Shown here in pieces: positions 37,305-48,566 of a stretch of DNA of 64,000 nt. The first letter of the stretch is position 1, and every line of letters starts with the position of its first letter. The stretch is from positions 1 to 64,000 of the IMG/VR virus record IMGVR_UViG_3300005253_000063. One strand, written 5' to 3'. Below the pieces are notes generated by a model that saw only the letters and a list, made by a program, of their open reading frames with translations, did no database searches and was not told the origin of the DNA. The translations under genes were made by a program, and so were the position numbers. The DNA comes from a virus.

Positions 37305-39527
37305 ATGGCCGAGCTTCTCAGTAGCAAGATCGTCGTCGTCGAGGAAGAGCCGCGGATCCGCAACATCCCGGGTCTTCCCACAGCGGTGCTCGCCGCTGTG
37401 GGAATCACGGAGCGAGGTCCGATCGCAGCGGCTACTCTCGTGACGAGCTTCGAGGAGTTCATCCGGGTCTTCGGTGGGTTCACTGTCGACTCGGATCTCG
37501 CGCTCGCCATGCAGGGTTTCTTCCAGAATGGTGGGACGACTGTGTGGGTCGTTCGCACCGTTCACTTCACCGACATCACCAACCCCGCCACGAAGACGTC
37601 GCTGGCAGCGACGCTCAACTTGCAGACCGCGGCCGGGGCCCCGGCCGCAGGCACGATCCTCGGAACGGTTGTCGGTCCGTACGATCTGGAGCCAGGCGAC
37701 ACGCTGTCGATCGACGTCGACACAGGTGGTCCGGTCGTAGCGACATTCCTCGCAACGGCTGCACTGCGAACCTCGGCCGTTGAGACGTATGCGCTCGTAG
37801 ACGGTCAAACGCTCACTGTCAAGATCGACAGTGAGGCGGTCGCCCAGGTCATCACTTTCAACACTGCGGAGTTCGTCGCCATCGGCGCCGCAACTGCGCT
37901 CGAAGTGGCCGCGGTCATCAATGCCGAGATCGTCGGTGCGAGCGCCGACGGCTCAAGTGGTTCGGTCGTTCTCACGTCGGACAAGCGCGGCACCGACTCC
38001 AACGTCGACGTGACCGGCGGGACCGCGAACCCCGTTCTCGTGTTCCCGACCGGCCCTCTCGCCGGCACCGGCAACGTGGCGGACATCGATGCAGTTACGG
38101 TCGCCGAAGTCAAGACCATCGTCGAGGCCGCAGTTGCTGGTCTGACCGTCTCCGATGTCGGCGGGGCGACTCAGATCGCTTCCAACACAACCGGGCCCGC
38201 CAGTTCGATTCTCGTCGAGGCTGCTTCGACCGCGGACGACGAGCTGGGGTTCGACAACGCGACCCACTCCGGGGACTCCGGTGCGGCAGCCAACACGCTC
38301 AAGATCGACGGCAAGACGGACGGGACCTACGCGAACGGCATCCGCCCGATCATCTCGGCGCCGACGAGCGGTGCAGCTGACGAGTTCAACCTGCAAGTCG
38401 AGGATGACGGGGTCATCGTCGAGACGTTCCCGAACCTCTCGATGGTCGACGCGAACGACAACTTCGTCGAGACGGTCGTCAATGATTCCGACAACGGTTC
38501 GGACCTCATCGTCGTCACTGACCTAGACTCGACCGCCGCCGATCCGCGTCCGGCCGTGGGCAGGTTCGGTCCGCTCACCGGAGGAGACGACGGGCTCACG
38601 TTGCTCGACGACAACGACTTCCTCGGCAGCGGCGCGGGTGCGACTGGGTTGCACGCACTCGACCAAGTTCAGGGTGCTACGATGCTCGTCGTGCCGGGCA
38701 GGTCCACGTCGGCGGTACACAACGGGATGGTTTCGTACTCCGAGATCGATCGCGCGAAGAGCCTCTTCCCCGTGCTCGATCCGCCCGCCGGTTTGAGCGC
38801 TGCGGGTATCGTGACCTACCAGGTGACGACGGCCGCGTTGCTGAACCTTTCCGAGTTCGGCGCGATCTACTGGCCGCGCGTCAAGGTGCTGAACCCGTCG
38901 AAGACGGTGTTCGGCAACGTGAACGAACTCACGGTGCCGCCTTCGGGCATCATCGCCGGCGTCTTCAGCCGCACGGATGCCGAGGCACCCGGTGGTGTGT
39001 ATCGTGCGCCGGCCGGGGTCGAGAAGGGTCGGCTGCTCGGCGTGCTCGGGTTCGAGACCGATGAGGTCTTGGAAGAAGCGAAGCGCGACCTCGTCTACCC
39101 GAAGCGAATCAACCCGCTCTCGACGTTCCCGGGCGCGCCTCGCTTCATCGATGGCTCACGTACGCTCAAGGGTAACGGGAACTTCCCGTCCGTGCCCGAG
39201 CGGCGCGGTGTGATCTTCATCGAGCAGTCGCTGAAGCAGGGACTGGAGTTCCTGCGCTTCCAGCCGAACACGGAAGAGACGCGAGCGGTGGCGAACCGAA
39301 CGGTGACCGCGTTCTTACTCAACCAGATGCGGAACGGTGCGTTCGCGACGAAGGATCCGGCGACGGCTTTCTTCGTCGACACGAGCGAGGCGTTGAACAC
39401 GCCGTCCGTAGTCGCGTCGGGACGGATGATCATTCGCATCGGACTCGCGACCGCAAAGCCGGCCGAGTTCATCATCCTGCGGATTTCTCAGGACACGCGC
39501 GCTCTCGAAGAGGAGCTTGCTTCCTAG
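37305..39527 (+). CDS. Tail sheath protein
   Basis: GITERGP...FFQNGG; YWPRVKV...PPSG...RAPAG...KPAEFIILRISQ. Confidence 0.95.
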   Translation: MAELLSSKIVVVEEEPRIRNIPGLPTAVLAAVGITERGPIAAATLVTSFEEFIRVFGGFTVDSDLALAMQGFFQNGGTTVWVVRTVHFTDITNPATKTSLAATLNLQTAAGAPAAGTILGTVVGPYDLEPGDTLSIDVDTGGPVVATFLATAALRTSAVETYALVDGQTLTVKIDSEAVAQVITFNTAEFVAIGAATALEVAAVINAEIVGASADGSSGSVVLTSDKRGTDSNVDVTGGTANPVLVFPTGPLAGTGNVADIDAVTVAEVKTIVEAAVAGLTVSDVGGATQIASNTTGPASSILVEAASTADDELGFDNATHSGDSGAAANTLKIDGKTDGTYANGIRPIISAPTSGAADEFNLQVEDDGVIVETFPNLSMVDANDNFVETVVNDSDNGSDLIVVTDLDSTAADPRPAVGRFGPLTGGDDGLTLLDDNDFLGSGAGATGLHALDQVQGATMLVVPGRSTSAVHNGMVSYSEIDRAKSLFPVLDPPAGLSAAGIVTYQVTTAALLNLSEFGAIYWPRVKVLNPSKTVFGNVNELTVPPSGIIAGVFSRTDAEAPGGVYRAPAGVEKGRLLGVLGFETDEVLEEAKRDLVYPKRINPLSTFPGAPRFIDGSRTLKGNGNFPSVPERRGVIFIEQSLKQGLEFLRFQPNTEETRAVANRTVTAFLLNQMRNGAFATKDPATAFFVDTSEALNTPSVVASGRMIIRIGLATAKPAEFIILRISQDTRALEEELAS

Positions 39528-39538
39528 CGAGGTGAAAG

Positions 39539-40006
39539 ATGCCGATTATCGGGGGCCCCAGATCGTTCCACGACAAGTTCAAGTTCCTCGTCGAAATTGA
39601 CGGGGTGCTCAGTGCAGCTTTCAACAAGTGTGGTGAGCTGTCGGCGGAGTTCGCGAAGATCGAGTACAGCGAGGGCGGCACGCTCATTCCCAACAAGACG
39701 CCAGGGCGTATGACGTTCGCCGACGTCACCTTGGAACGCGGCGTTGCGAGCGACCTCGACCTGTTCCTGTGGTTCTCGCAGACGGGTATCGCCTCCGCGA
39801 ACTTCGGCTTGCCGGAGCCCGCGTACAAGCGTGACCTGGACATCGTCCAGAAGGACCGTGACAACACCACACTCCGACGCTGGCACCTCAACAACGCGTG
39901 GGTGCTGAAGTTCGTCGCCGGCGAGTGGGACAACGATGCCGACGAGAAGGCCATCGAGATGGTCACGCTCACGTACGACTTCTTCGAGCTGGTCTTCTCA
40001 CTGTAA
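39539..40006 (+). CDS. Tail tube protein (T4 gp19-like)
   Basis: FKFLVEIDG...EYSEGG...[14 protein letters not shown]...W.L.NAW. Confidence 0.92.
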   Translation: MPIIGGPRSFHDKFKFLVEIDGVLSAAFNKCGELSAEFAKIEYSEGGTLIPNKTPGRMTFADVTLERGVASDLDLFLWFSQTGIASANFGLPEPAYKRDLDIVQKDRDNTTLRRWHLNNAWVLKFVAGEWDNDADEKAIEMVTLTYDFFELVFSL

Positions 40007-40033
40007 GCTAGCGCAAAAACAGCGGGGTAAAAA

Positions 40034-40807
40034 ATGAGCAGTAGTGAGATCGTTTGTCCTTCGGGACTGAAGGGTGAGATCCGGGGTCTGAAGACCAAGG
40101 ACGCGAACATGCTCGCCGCGTCCCAGAGCACCCGGATGCGTGTCGGCGTCCTGAACAAGCTGCTGGGCTCCTGCTGGCAGAACACTCTGGACCCCGGACC
40201 GTACACGCTCGACGCCGACGGGGCGCCGAACTGGAACCAGGTTCTCCAAGGCGACCGGCAGTTCCTGCTGCTTCAGGTTCGGTGCAAGTCGTACGGCCCG
40301 GACTACGAGTTCAAGATTCAGTGTGATGAGGTCTCCTGCCGTGAACGCTTCTCGTGGGGCCTCGACCTCAACGATATCCCGGTGAAGAGGTTGCCGGCCG
40401 AGTCGTTCGAGCGGTTCAAGAACGGGAATCGTTTCGACGCCGAACTGCCCAGCGACGGCCGGAAGATCGTGTTTCAGCTTCCGACTGGCGGGGATGAGGT
40501 CTCGGCTGCGAAGTTGAAGTCGCAGTTTCGAGACCGCCTCATCACGCTCGCGCTGAACATCCGCATCGTTGAGGTCGAGGATGTTGAGGAGCGCGAGTTG
40601 CGCCGCTTCTTCGACGAGATGGAGCTGTCGGATGCGAACGCCCTGCTCGACATCCTTGATGAGCCGGACTGCGGCGTCGAGACCGAGATCGAGATCGAGT
40701 GCCCGGAGTGCTACGGTGTGCAGGACGTGCGTCTCCCTTTCGATCGCGACTTCTTCTTTCCGAGGAAGAAGCAACGGAAGGGAGCAGCGAAGCTCCGCGC
40801 GATCTGA
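40034..40807 (+). CDS. Tail assembly chaperone
   Basis: Between tube and tape measure; GDRQFLLLQVR, CPEC. Confidence 0.7.
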   Translation: MSSSEIVCPSGLKGEIRGLKTKDANMLAASQSTRMRVGVLNKLLGSCWQNTLDPGPYTLDADGAPNWNQVLQGDRQFLLLQVRCKSYGPDYEFKIQCDEVSCRERFSWGLDLNDIPVKRLPAESFERFKNGNRFDAELPSDGRKIVFQLPTGGDEVSAAKLKSQFRDRLITLALNIRIVEVEDVEERELRRFFDEMELSDANALLDILDEPDCGVETEIEIECPECYGVQDVRLPFDRDFFFPRKKQRKGAAKLRAI

Positions 40808-41016
40808 GCGGTATCCTCCCGGTCATCCCCGAGGAGACGCTCTGGGAGGGTATTCGACAGCTTACCTACAAGCAGCACGGTGGCAGCGGCACCAACCTAA
40901 CACTGTCGGAAGTAGAGGACATGGACCTCCGTTGCTTCCTCCGCTGGCTTGACTGGCTTGGGGATCAGCGGGAGAAGGAAGCGAAGGCGATTCGCATGGC
41001 GGCGAAACGCAGGTAG
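40735..41016 (+). CDS. Chaperone C-terminal extension, probably reached by -1 frameshift
   Basis: In-frame slippery heptamer C CCT TTC at 40735-40741; -1 frame open to 41016. Confidence 0.5.
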   Translation, partial: PFRSRLLLSEEEATEGSSEAPRDLSGILPVIPEETLWEGIRQLTYKQHGGSGTNLTLSEVEDMDLRCFLRWLDWLGDQREKEAKAIRMAAKRR

Positions 41017-41085
41017 GATAGGTAGGCCGTGGCTCTCAGCTCAAGACAGGTCGTGAATGTCAAACCGTATTGGGAGTCAATTTAA

Positions 41086-43266
41086 TTGGCCCTCAACTCG
41101 TTAGGACTCGGTTTTTTGTTCACCGCGAAGGATCTCGCATCGGGGAAGGTGCGCGAACTCGATAGGTCGATGAAGGGCCTCGGCAACACGACCGAGAAGA
41201 CCGGGAGCAAGGTCAAGTCGGGCCTCAAGCAGATGGGCGTTGGTCTCGGCTTGCTCGCCGTGGGAGCTGGCACGCTGACTGGGACGTTCAAGCTGGCTGG
41301 TGCCGCGGGCGAGTTCGAGCAGGGCCTTGCCGCGGTTGGCGCGGTGACCCGTGCGACGGAGAAGGAGCTGAAGCTGCTGGAATCGACTGCGATCCGTGCG
41401 GGCATCGAGACACAGTTTAGCCCCGCTATCGCGGTCGAGGGGCTCAAGTCACTTGCGACTGCGGGTCAGACGGCGACGCAAGCGACCGAGACCTTGATTC
41501 CTGTGCTCGACCTGGCGGCCGGATCGTTGGGCGAGCTGGGCGTTGCAGAGGCCGCCGCGGCTGTAGTCGGTACGCTGAACGCCTACGGTCAAACCGCGGA
41601 CCAAGCGGCCGATGTCACCGACAAGCTGCTGCGGATCACGCAGCTCACGAACTTCCAGACGCGTGATTTCTCGGTCGGCCTGTCGAAAGCTGCGGCGGCT
41701 GGCGCCACGTTTGACCAGAGTCTTGACGATGTCCTCATCACGATGGGCCTGCTGCGGAACAGGAACATCGAGGCCAGCTCGTCCGCGACCGCGTTCCGCG
41801 AGGTCACCCGGCGTCTCGGCTCGGACCAGCGGGCGCAAAGTGCGGTCACACAGATTGGCGTCGACGTGTTCGATAAGCAGACGGGCGCGATGCGTTCGGT
41901 CGTCGACGTCATGTCGGAGTTCGCTGCCGCGACCGAGGGGCTCACGGAGAAGGAGCGGTTGCGTCGAGTGACGACCGCGTTCGGTGCGCGCGGTCTGCTT
42001 GCCTTCAATGCGATCCAGAAGGCGACCTTCACGGACATGTCGACCGGACAGCCGATCGTCCTGCGCGGCGCCGCCGCGATCGAGGCGATGCGGAAAGAGT
42101 TGGGAAACGCGACTGGGACCGCGGGTGAGTTTCGCGAGGCGCTGCTTGACACGTTCGAAGGTCAGAAGACCTTGTTGAAAGGAACGATCGAGACCCTTGC
42201 TGTGGTGCTTGGTAAACCGTTCGCGCGCGTCTTCAAGCCGATCGTGAAGGCTGTCACTGACGCGCTCAACTTCCTGATCGAAGCCTTCTCGAACCTATCG
42301 CCGCGCACGCAGGAGATCATCGCGGTGGTCATCGGGCTCTCGGCTTTGTTGCTGACCTTGAGCGGAATTTTTGCCATCGTGAAAGGTGGTGCCGCGCTGC
42401 TCGGGTTCTCCTTCAAGTCGTTCCTGCTCGCACCTTTGAAGCAAGTCGGTGCGACCCTGTTGTGGATCGTGAAGTCGCCGTTGCTGCTCTACCGTGGAGC
42501 GGTCAAGGTTGCGCGCGCGTTCACGAAGCTCTTCGGCTTTGCCCTGAAAGGCGTGAACAAGGTCGGCAAGATTTTCGGCATCGTGGTCGGCAAGATGGGG
42601 AAGGCTCTTGGCTTCATGGTGAAAGGGATCATCAAAGCGATCCCGTTCCTCATCAAGATGGGCGCGGCAATGTTCACTGCGCTGGGGCCGATCGGTCTCA
42701 TCATCGGTGCCGTGGCTTTGGTCGCAGGTGCGATCGTCATCTTCAAGGATGAGGTCGGTGCGGCGCTCAGTGCGATAGGGGGCGCTTTTGCGACAGTGTT
42801 CGGTGGGATTAGGGACGTCGTGGTCAGCGTTGCCGAGTTCATCGAGAAAGTATTCAACGAAATCCTCGAATTCATCAGAGGCGTTATCGACGAGATTATC
42901 GACGCGGGTAAGGCGGCGGCAGAATTCATCTTCGGCGGGGGCGGTGTCACCGGCGTCGGGTTGGACTTTCTCGTCAAGGAAGTTGAGGAGAGCACGGGCG
43001 TAAAGAGGCGGTCCGGGGAAACTCAGGGTGATTTCATTGAGAGGGCTCAAGCAACACCCTCGCCTGCGGTTGCTGAGGTCACGGCGCTCGCACCACAAGG
43101 GGCTCAAGCGGTGCCCGGAGGACAGCAGCGCGGGCAGCAACCGATCGCTGCGACCTTTAACGTCTCGCTCGAAGTCGACGGCGACAAGCTCGCAGAGAAG
43201 GTGTTCTCGCAGGAGGTCTCGGGGCGGTCCCGCGAGTTCGGCAATGTTCCACCGGAGGCCGACTGA
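41086..43266 (+). CDS. Tape measure protein (TP901-like core)
   Basis: [11 protein letters not shown]...LKSLATAG...PVLDLAAG; Ala/Gly-rich with hydrophobic repeats. Confidence 0.9.
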   Translation: MALNSLGLGFLFTAKDLASGKVRELDRSMKGLGNTTEKTGSKVKSGLKQMGVGLGLLAVGAGTLTGTFKLAGAAGEFEQGLAAVGAVTRATEKELKLLESTAIRAGIETQFSPAIAVEGLKSLATAGQTATQATETLIPVLDLAAGSLGELGVAEAAAAVVGTLNAYGQTADQAADVTDKLLRITQLTNFQTRDFSVGLSKAAAAGATFDQSLDDVLITMGLLRNRNIEASSSATAFREVTRRLGSDQRAQSAVTQIGVDVFDKQTGAMRSVVDVMSEFAAATEGLTEKERLRRVTTAFGARGLLAFNAIQKATFTDMSTGQPIVLRGAAAIEAMRKELGNATGTAGEFREALLDTFEGQKTLLKGTIETLAVVLGKPFARVFKPIVKAVTDALNFLIEAFSNLSPRTQEIIAVVIGLSALLLTLSGIFAIVKGGAALLGFSFKSFLLAPLKQVGATLLWIVKSPLLLYRGAVKVARAFTKLFGFALKGVNKVGKIFGIVVGKMGKALGFMVKGIIKAIPFLIKMGAAMFTALGPIGLIIGAVALVAGAIVIFKDEVGAALSAIGGAFATVFGGIRDVVVSVAEFIEKVFNEILEFIRGVIDEIIDAGKAAAEFIFGGGGVTGVGLDFLVKEVEESTGVKRRSGETQGDFIERAQATPSPAVAEVTALAPQGAQAVPGGQQRGQQPIAATFNVSLEVDGDKLAEKVFSQEVSGRSREFGNVPPEAD

Positions 43267-43904
43267 TGCCGCACCTTGAGGAGGAAGCACGTAGGCGCGC
43301 TGCACTACAGATACGAGAAGGGCTCTCGAAGGAGCAGCGGTCGTTGACCCGAGCAACGCGGCGCACGCCGGAGAAGATGTACATGACGAACCTCGTCGAC
43401 GGTTCGAACATCGTCGCGCAGTTCAACCCGACCGAGTTCTCTGAGGCTATCTCTGTCAACTACGCGAGGCAGGCGATTCCCGGCCTCTCGCACCAGCCGC
43501 TTCAGTACATCCACACGAGCAACGAGACCTTCAACCTTGCGCTCTTCTTCAATGCCAATGACGAGGTCGAACCGCGACAGAACACGTTTGCGCAGATCGA
43601 GAAGAACCTGACCTCGCGCGCGTTCCTGCTGAGCGTGTGCTATCCGCGGCGCGGCAACCTTGGTGTTGTCGGAGGCGGGCCGCCTCGGCTCCTGTTCGTG
43701 TGGCCAACCTTCATCGCGCTGACCTGCGTGATCACGGGTCTACAGTTTCGCTACTCACGCTTCAACGCGAACGGGACGCCGTTGGAGTTCACCGCGACCA
43801 TCGCGCTCGAAGAGATCCGCGACGTGCGGTTGCTGTCCGAAGACGTCTTCGCGCTCGGCACGCAACGCGGGCCGGACAACGCGGGACGATCGGGGAGTGT
43901 CTGA
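43266..43904 (+). CDS. Tube-initiator-like baseplate protein
   Basis: AQFNPTE...PPRLLFVWP...YSRFNANGTP. Confidence 0.7.
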   Translation: MPHLEEEARRRAALQIREGLSKEQRSLTRATRRTPEKMYMTNLVDGSNIVAQFNPTEFSEAISVNYARQAIPGLSHQPLQYIHTSNETFNLALFFNANDEVEPRQNTFAQIEKNLTSRAFLLSVCYPRRGNLGVVGGGPPRLLFVWPTFIALTCVITGLQFRYSRFNANGTPLEFTATIALEEIRDVRLLSEDVFALGTQRGPDNAGRSGSV

Positions 43905-44248
43905 TGCCACCGCGCCGCTTCTCTCGATACACGTTTACGTCGGCTGTTCTCGACGACGACGACAACCTCCTGCTCACGGAGCCCGAGCCCTTCCGGTTCC
44001 GCGAACTCGCAGACAACCGTATCCATATCGCGGCCGACGGCGACACGCTCTTCACGTTAGCGCACCGCTTCTTCGACGGGCTCCCACGTCCTGCCGGCCT
44101 GTGGTGGATCATCGCCGACTTCCAGCCCGACCCGATCCTGGACCCGACGTTGAAGCTGGCGCGCGGACGCGCGATGTTCCTCCCTTCAGTGCGGACCATC
44201 ACCGATGAGGTGTTCAGCGAGACCCGTCGGGGTGAAGCGACGCCGTGA
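43904..44248 (+). CDS. LysM / tail X-like baseplate protein
   Basis: GDTLFTLAHRFF...LWWIIADF. Confidence 0.75.
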   Translation: MPPRRFSRYTFTSAVLDDDDNLLLTEPEPFRFRELADNRIHIAADGDTLFTLAHRFFDGLPRPAGLWWIIADFQPDPILDPTLKLARGRAMFLPSVRTITDEVFSETRRGEATP

Positions 44249-45867
44249 CGCGCAGCGCCGCAGTCTACCACGTCAAGGTGATCCCGCAGGGACGCCGCGG
44301 CGTGCGGCTCGACCTCTCGAACCGCGTGAAGAAGCTCACCTTCGAGGACAACGAACGGAAGGCCGACGTCCTCAAGCTGGCCGTCGACAATTGGGATCTC
44401 GCGAACTTCGACAACCCGGTCTGGGCGAAGGGTAACTTCCTCGAAGTCTCGTTCGGCTACCCGGGCAACATGTCGCCTGCGCGGCTGATGCTGATCAAGA
44501 AGGTCACTGGCGCGACGAAGCTCACGGTGGAGGCGTACGACAAGGCGTTCCTCCTTGACCGCGAGAAGCGCTGCCGGACGTTCTTCGACTCGAAGCGGTC
44601 CGACGTGGTCAAGCAGATTGCCCTGAAGAACGGTTTCGGGTCCGACGTGCAGACCATCGAGGACACTGAGGAGGTCCTGCCGACAGTCACACAAGCGGCG
44701 GAGACGGATGCTCATCTCTTACGCCGCCTCGCCAATAAAGAGGGCTTCGAGTTTTTCATCGACCACGATGGTTTTCATTGGCACAGTCGGAACATCAAGC
44801 AGCGCCCGCTGAAGACGCTGACGTGGTACGCGAGCGGGCAAGGCGAGATCAAGAGCTTCAACATCGACAACGATATTACGATCCGCACGGGGAAGTCGAG
44901 GACGCGCGGGCGTGACCCAATCAAGAAGAAGGATTACGAGATCATCGTCGACCACGTTCAGGATCTCTTACAGGTTATCGCACCAACTGCGGAGGTAGTG
45001 TCCGAAGCTGTGACAGGGTTAGGCAACGCCGCACGACTCACGATCGAGACGGCGGGCGAACTTAGTCCTATCACCGCCAAGCGGCGTGCGAAGAGCAAAG
45101 CGCGGAAGTCGCGACAGCTCACCGTCAAGATGAAGTTGAACATCATTGGCGATCCGCAGCTGCTTGCGAAGTCGGTTGTTCGTATCGAGGGGATTGGCAA
45201 GCGGTTGAGTGGCAACTACTACGTGAAGAAGTCCAAGCACGCCGTCTCCGCTGACGGTTACGCGGGCGAGCTTGAAGTGATTCGCGACGGGCACAATGAG
45301 CTGAAGACATCGGAGCGCCTCTTCGAGCAGAGGCTCGGTGGTACGGGCGGCGCAACCAACCGCGACTGCACGTCAAAGGTCGCGCTCGTGCGCAAGCTCC
45401 TCGCAAAGTTCCGCCCGGTACGTCGAGCGGAGTTCATCGAGCGCGGGCTAGCGAACATCCCGATCGCGCCGGGGATTGCAGAAGAGTTGGGTGCCTTCGA
45501 AACGTTCGCAAGAGGTGCGGTGGGTCGGTTGAAGAAGAACCCGCATGACACCGCCTTCATCGAAGAGGTGCGGATCAAGGCATCCGATGCGCGGTCCGCG
45601 GCCAGCATTGTCAACCTCACGAGGACGCGGGTCATCGCAGACAAGATCCAGTTCGCCGCGTTGCTCGCGGGCGGTGTGTGCAAGGAAGAGGTTCAGGCGA
45701 AGGTCAACAACCTGCAACCGTCGGTGAGGATAGGCCAGAGGCAGCTGGAGAAGCTGCCTGCTTGGTTCCGCGATTCCAACCCGACATTGACCGCGGTCGA
45801 GGTGCCGGACGCGGAGACGGGTGAGTTCCGAACGATCTTCGTCGACAAGCGTGGGAGGGATCAGTAG
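44245..45867 (+). CDS. Baseplate hub (late control D / gp27-like)
   Basis: QAAETDAHLLRRLANKEGFEFFID...GIGKRLSGNYYVKKSKH. Confidence 0.8.
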   Translation: MTRSAAVYHVKVIPQGRRGVRLDLSNRVKKLTFEDNERKADVLKLAVDNWDLANFDNPVWAKGNFLEVSFGYPGNMSPARLMLIKKVTGATKLTVEAYDKAFLLDREKRCRTFFDSKRSDVVKQIALKNGFGSDVQTIEDTEEVLPTVTQAAETDAHLLRRLANKEGFEFFIDHDGFHWHSRNIKQRPLKTLTWYASGQGEIKSFNIDNDITIRTGKSRTRGRDPIKKKDYEIIVDHVQDLLQVIAPTAEVVSEAVTGLGNAARLTIETAGELSPITAKRRAKSKARKSRQLTVKMKLNIIGDPQLLAKSVVRIEGIGKRLSGNYYVKKSKHAVSADGYAGELEVIRDGHNELKTSERLFEQRLGGTGGATNRDCTSKVALVRKLLAKFRPVRRAEFIERGLANIPIAPGIAEELGAFETFARGAVGRLKKNPHDTAFIEEVRIKASDARSAASIVNLTRTRVIADKIQFAALLAGGVCKEEVQAKVNNLQPSVRIGQRQLEKLPAWFRDSNPTLTAVEVPDAETGEFRTIFVDKRGRDQ

Positions 45868-46595
45868 TGCCCAACGAGTTCGACGAGAGTTCCGACCTCC
45901 ACTACGTCGGCTTCTACAATGCGGTGGTGGTCGACAACGAAGACCCCAGGAAGCTGGGCCGGGTTCGTTTTCGTATCCCAGGACTCATCGAGCCTGCAGG
46001 CGCGTTCGCGTTCCCACTCGGAATTGGTGGTGGTGCGCCACAGCGCGGCTTCTATGACCCGCCTGACAAGGGCGCAGACATCGGCGTGCTGTTCATGCAA
46101 GGTGACCTCGAACAGCCGTACTACCTCGGGGGTCATTGGGGAGAACCAGACAGCGGCGTCGAGACGCCAGGACCTGCCGCGTCAGCGAGCGCCGCCGACG
46201 CACCGAAGGTCAAGGCGTACGAGACCTCGCGCTACTTGACGATCTGGGACAACCGGAGCGGTCAGGAAGAGTGGTTCATTCGTGACAAAGAGACGGGCGA
46301 TACGATCGTCTTGAATGCCGCGGATGGGGTCCGCCTCTCGACCCAACAAAAGGTTATCATTGACGCGGCGGGTGACGTCGAGATCGGCTCAGCGGGGAAC
46401 GTCTCGATCGGGGGTACGCAAGTCGAACTGAACGGGCCCGGTGTGGCCGTTGGACGTGTCGGAGACGCGGTGCAAGTCACGATACCGCCAGGCGTCGTTC
46501 TCGTGCTCTCACCCACGGGGCCTGTTCCCAACCCGGTTCCGATCGTTGTTCCGGGCACGATCGTGTCTGGGAGTGTTACGGTGAAGGCGGGTTAG
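45867..46595 (+). CDS. Baseplate spike (gpV/gp5 OB-fold)
   Basis: AVVVDNEDPRKLGRVRFRIP...F.QGDLEQPYYLGG. Confidence 0.85.
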   Translation: MPNEFDESSDLHYVGFYNAVVVDNEDPRKLGRVRFRIPGLIEPAGAFAFPLGIGGGAPQRGFYDPPDKGADIGVLFMQGDLEQPYYLGGHWGEPDSGVETPGPAASASAADAPKVKAYETSRYLTIWDNRSGQEEWFIRDKETGDTIVLNAADGVRLSTQQKVIIDAAGDVEIGSAGNVSIGGTQVELNGPGVAVGRVGDAVQVTIPPGVVLVLSPTGPVPNPVPIVVPGTIVSGSVTVKAG

Positions 46596-46596
46596 G

Positions 46597-47034
46597 ATGG
46601 CAGAGCCGTTCGCAGAACTTCTTCACCTCGGCCGAGGTGTGACCCGACCCTTCCGACGGGACGGGCGTGGGGACTTCGCGGTCGCTACGGGTGCCGCACT
46701 CGTCTCGGCGGCCGTGGGTCAGATCCTCGGGACGATCGCGGACAGCGCGGTGAACGTTGGCGAGCTGCCGTGGCGGCCCGACTTCGGTTCGAAGCTGCAC
46801 CTGTTACGCCACTCACCGAACAATGAGGCGCTCGTCGAGACGGCTCGCGTCTTCGTGATCGAGGCCGTACAGCGTTGGGAGCCGCGGGTGCGAATCTCCA
46901 ATGTCGAGATCAGTCGCGATGAGACTGAGGGGAGCGGGGGCAACAAGTTGACGATCAGACTCCGGTACGCCTTCGTCGAGCTGCAGACAGGCGTCGCAAT
47001 CTTCGAAGACCTTGAAACGGCCGTGGTCGTCTAG
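46597..47034 (+). CDS. Baseplate wedge gp25/gpW-like
   Basis: GELPWRPDFGSKL...AVQRWEPRVRI. Confidence 0.88.
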   Translation: MAEPFAELLHLGRGVTRPFRRDGRGDFAVATGAALVSAAVGQILGTIADSAVNVGELPWRPDFGSKLHLLRHSPNNEALVETARVFVIEAVQRWEPRVRISNVEISRDETEGSGGNKLTIRLRYAFVELQTGVAIFEDLETAVVV

Positions 47035-47054
47035 GCTATACTGCGCGGGTCAAA

Positions 47055-48566
47055 ATGGCGATCCTACCTTCATCGCTGGACTTCACCGACCGAGACTTCG
47101 ACAGTCTCAATGCCCGGCTCGATGCCTTGCTCGCGTCGGTCTTCCCCGACTGGACCGACTTTCAGGTTGCGACCTTTGGGAACATCCTCAAGGAGATGTT
47201 TGCTTTCGTTGGTGGCGTCTTCACGAAGTACCAGGATTCGTCCGCCATCGAATCGCGGATCGTCACCGCGACCCAACGCAAGAACCTGATCAACCTCGCA
47301 AAGCTGGTCGGGTTCGTACCGCAAGGAGCCGCAGTAGCAACTGCCGAGGAAACGTTCACGCTCGCCGCTGTGCCGACACAGGATGTCGTCTTCGTTGAAG
47401 GGCAGGAAGTGCGGACGAAAGATGTCGTGGATCCCGCCACCTTCAGACTCTTGACGGACCTCACGATCCCAGCGTTCAAAGACCCCCCCATCGGTTTGGT
47501 TCAAGTGGAGAATGCGGACCCCACGGCAGAGCAGTTCCAGTCCGACGGTCTGGCGAACCAGCGGTTCGAACTCGCCGAGGTGCCGTTCCTTGACGACTCG
47601 GCGGTCATCCTCGCGGCCAATGGCGACTACGACGAGGTCGTCAACTTCCTCGACTCCGCTGCTGCCGACCGACACTTCGTGATCGTCGTCGACCAGAACG
47701 ACAGAGCCACGATCAAGTTTGGCAATGGCGTGAATGGTGCGATCCCGCAGGGCACGATCGCGGTCTCGTACAAGACGGGCGGCGGTGCGGCAGGCAACGT
47801 CGAGGTCGGGACGATCACCACAATCGAAGGTTCGTTCACCGACATCCTCGGCGGGTCCGTCTCGGTATCGGTTAACAACGCGGCGAAGGCGTCGGGCGGT
47901 ACCGACCGGCAGGGGAATGAGGAGATTCGCGAACTCGCACCGGAGTCGGTACGTGTGCTCAACCGAACCGTTGCCCGCGAGGACTACGAGATCAACGCGA
48001 AGAAGATCGCGGGCGTGTCGCGTGCGCTGATGCTCACCGCTGACCAGGACACGGAGATCGATGAGAACGCGGGCAAGCTCTTCATCATCCCCGATGGCGG
48101 TGGCGTACCCACACAGACGCTCAAGGACTCTGTCCTCAACCAGGTGACCGTCGTGTTTCCGAAGACCGTCACCTTCCGCCTTGACGTCGTGGATCCGGTT
48201 TTTCTTGTCGTCAACGTCGCAGCACGAGTGTTCAAACGGACCAACATCACACAGGCGACTGTGCGCGCGAACATCCAGGCTGCGCTCGACGCCCACTTCG
48301 CGCTCGACAACCCCGATGGTTCGGCTAACACAAACATCGACTTCGGTTTCAACTTCAAGGATGTTGACGGGAACCCGGCCGGTGAGATCGCCTGGTCCGA
48401 CATTTTCAACGTCGTGCGCGACGCTAGCGGCGTACGAAAGATTGGTGACCAGAATAACGACCTCACGCTCAACGGCCAGGACGACGATCTGCCAATCCAG
48501 GTGAAACAGTTCCCGGTGCTCGGTCAGATCGTCTTACTGGACGGTGATACCGGAGGCGCGTTCTAG
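47055..48566 (+). CDS. Baseplate J / gp6-like wedge protein
   Basis: DFTDRDFDSL...FGNGVNGAIP...Y..GGGAAGNV...GGTD...RTVAREDYE. Confidence 0.88.
   Translation: MAILPSSLDFTDRDFDSLNARLDALLASVFPDWTDFQVATFGNILKEMFAFVGGVFTKYQDSSAIESRIVTATQRKNLINLAKLVGFVPQGAAVATAEETFTLAAVPTQDVVFVEGQEVRTKDVVDPATFRLLTDLTIPAFKDPPIGLVQVENADPTAEQFQSDGLANQRFELAEVPFLDDSAVILAANGDYDEVVNFLDSAAADRHFVIVVDQNDRATIKFGNGVNGAIPQGTIAVSYKTGGGAAGNVEVGTITTIEGSFTDILGGSVSVSVNNAAKASGGTDRQGNEEIRELAPESVRVLNRTVAREDYEINAKKIAGVSRALMLTADQDTEIDENAGKLFIIPDGGGVPTQTLKDSVLNQVTVVFPKTVTFRLDVVDPVFLVVNVAARVFKRTNITQATVRANIQAALDAHFALDNPDGSANTNIDFGFNFKDVDGNPAGEIAWSDIFNVVRDASGVRKIGDQNNDLTLNGQDDDLPIQVKQFPVLGQIVLLDGDTGGAF

Noticed and set aside
37305-48566. 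Stand-alone contractile injection system (eCIS/tailocin)
   Set aside because: Capsid, portal and terminase are present, so the module is a phage tail
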